A DNA stretch of 64,000 nt from Phoronis australis (taxonomy: Eukaryota > Animalia > Phoronida), in assembly GCA_002633005.1 (NCBI GenBank), contig NMRA01000091.1:983147-1047146 (forward strand). The letters run 5' to 3'. This document shows, one piece after another, positions 63,601 to 64,000 of the stretch. Position numbers and translations under genes: made by a program. Under the pieces are notes generated by a model. That model saw nothing but the letters and a program-made list of their open reading frames with translations. It ran no database searches and was not told where the DNA came from. Position 1 is the first letter of the stretch; the number at the start of each line of letters is the position of its first letter.

Positions 63601-64000
63601 TACTTGTAATTCTTACACTCCTATACTGAATTTCACAGTACTACCATATTTTTGATGTTTCTCTGAGATGCTGTGTATACTTATGAAGGAACCCCTGAAG
63701 ATACATTGTGAAATGCTATAACGAAATCGATAGGTCAATTATTGAAAATTTTCATGTCAGAAAGTGACTCACTTTTTGGGACACTCATGCTATATATAAA
63801 AATAATAATAAAGATTATAACTACGTTAAAGAAATAACAAAAAATAGAAAGGTACTTAACAAGAAAAATAGGAGCACACATAAATGGCGCCACATTCACA
63901 AGAAAATGAGTTGTAAGTATCCTAAGATGGGCCCTCAACAGTCAGGATATAGTTCAGTAACGCTTGGACTTACGCTTGGACCTCAATAAAATCTAGCCAA

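Overview
AT-rich eukaryotic (animal, most likely invertebrate) genomic DNA from a draft, heterozygous assembly with N gaps and single-N joins flanked by duplicated sequence. The ORF track is mostly noise. Reading splice sites by hand reveals one large + strand gene across 8580-61952. It has at least 15 exons that join in one open frame (about 2589 nt, about 863 codons after removing an 88-nt assembly duplication) and encodes 17 tandem ShK/ShKT-like six-cysteine domains. No start codon, stop codon or enzymatic domain lies in the window. Nearly all introns are phase 1. The 3' half is a four-fold repeat of an A+B exon pair: A is an atypical ShK-like domain (long first loop, terminal CxC), and the first Cys of the canonical B domain is created by splicing (T|GT or T|GC). 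The introns are packed with transposon remains: Helentron-type non-autonomous elements, Tx1/L1-like LINE ends, a TTAA-flanked Sola3-like element, an Academ element, Kolobok-type THAP elements with a P2X7-C-terminus-like ORF, Penelope and Tc1/mariner fragments, a tRNA-derived SINE and tiny 5-bp-TSD MITEs. Two insertions appear next to their own empty sites. Family names come from motif recognition, not database searches.
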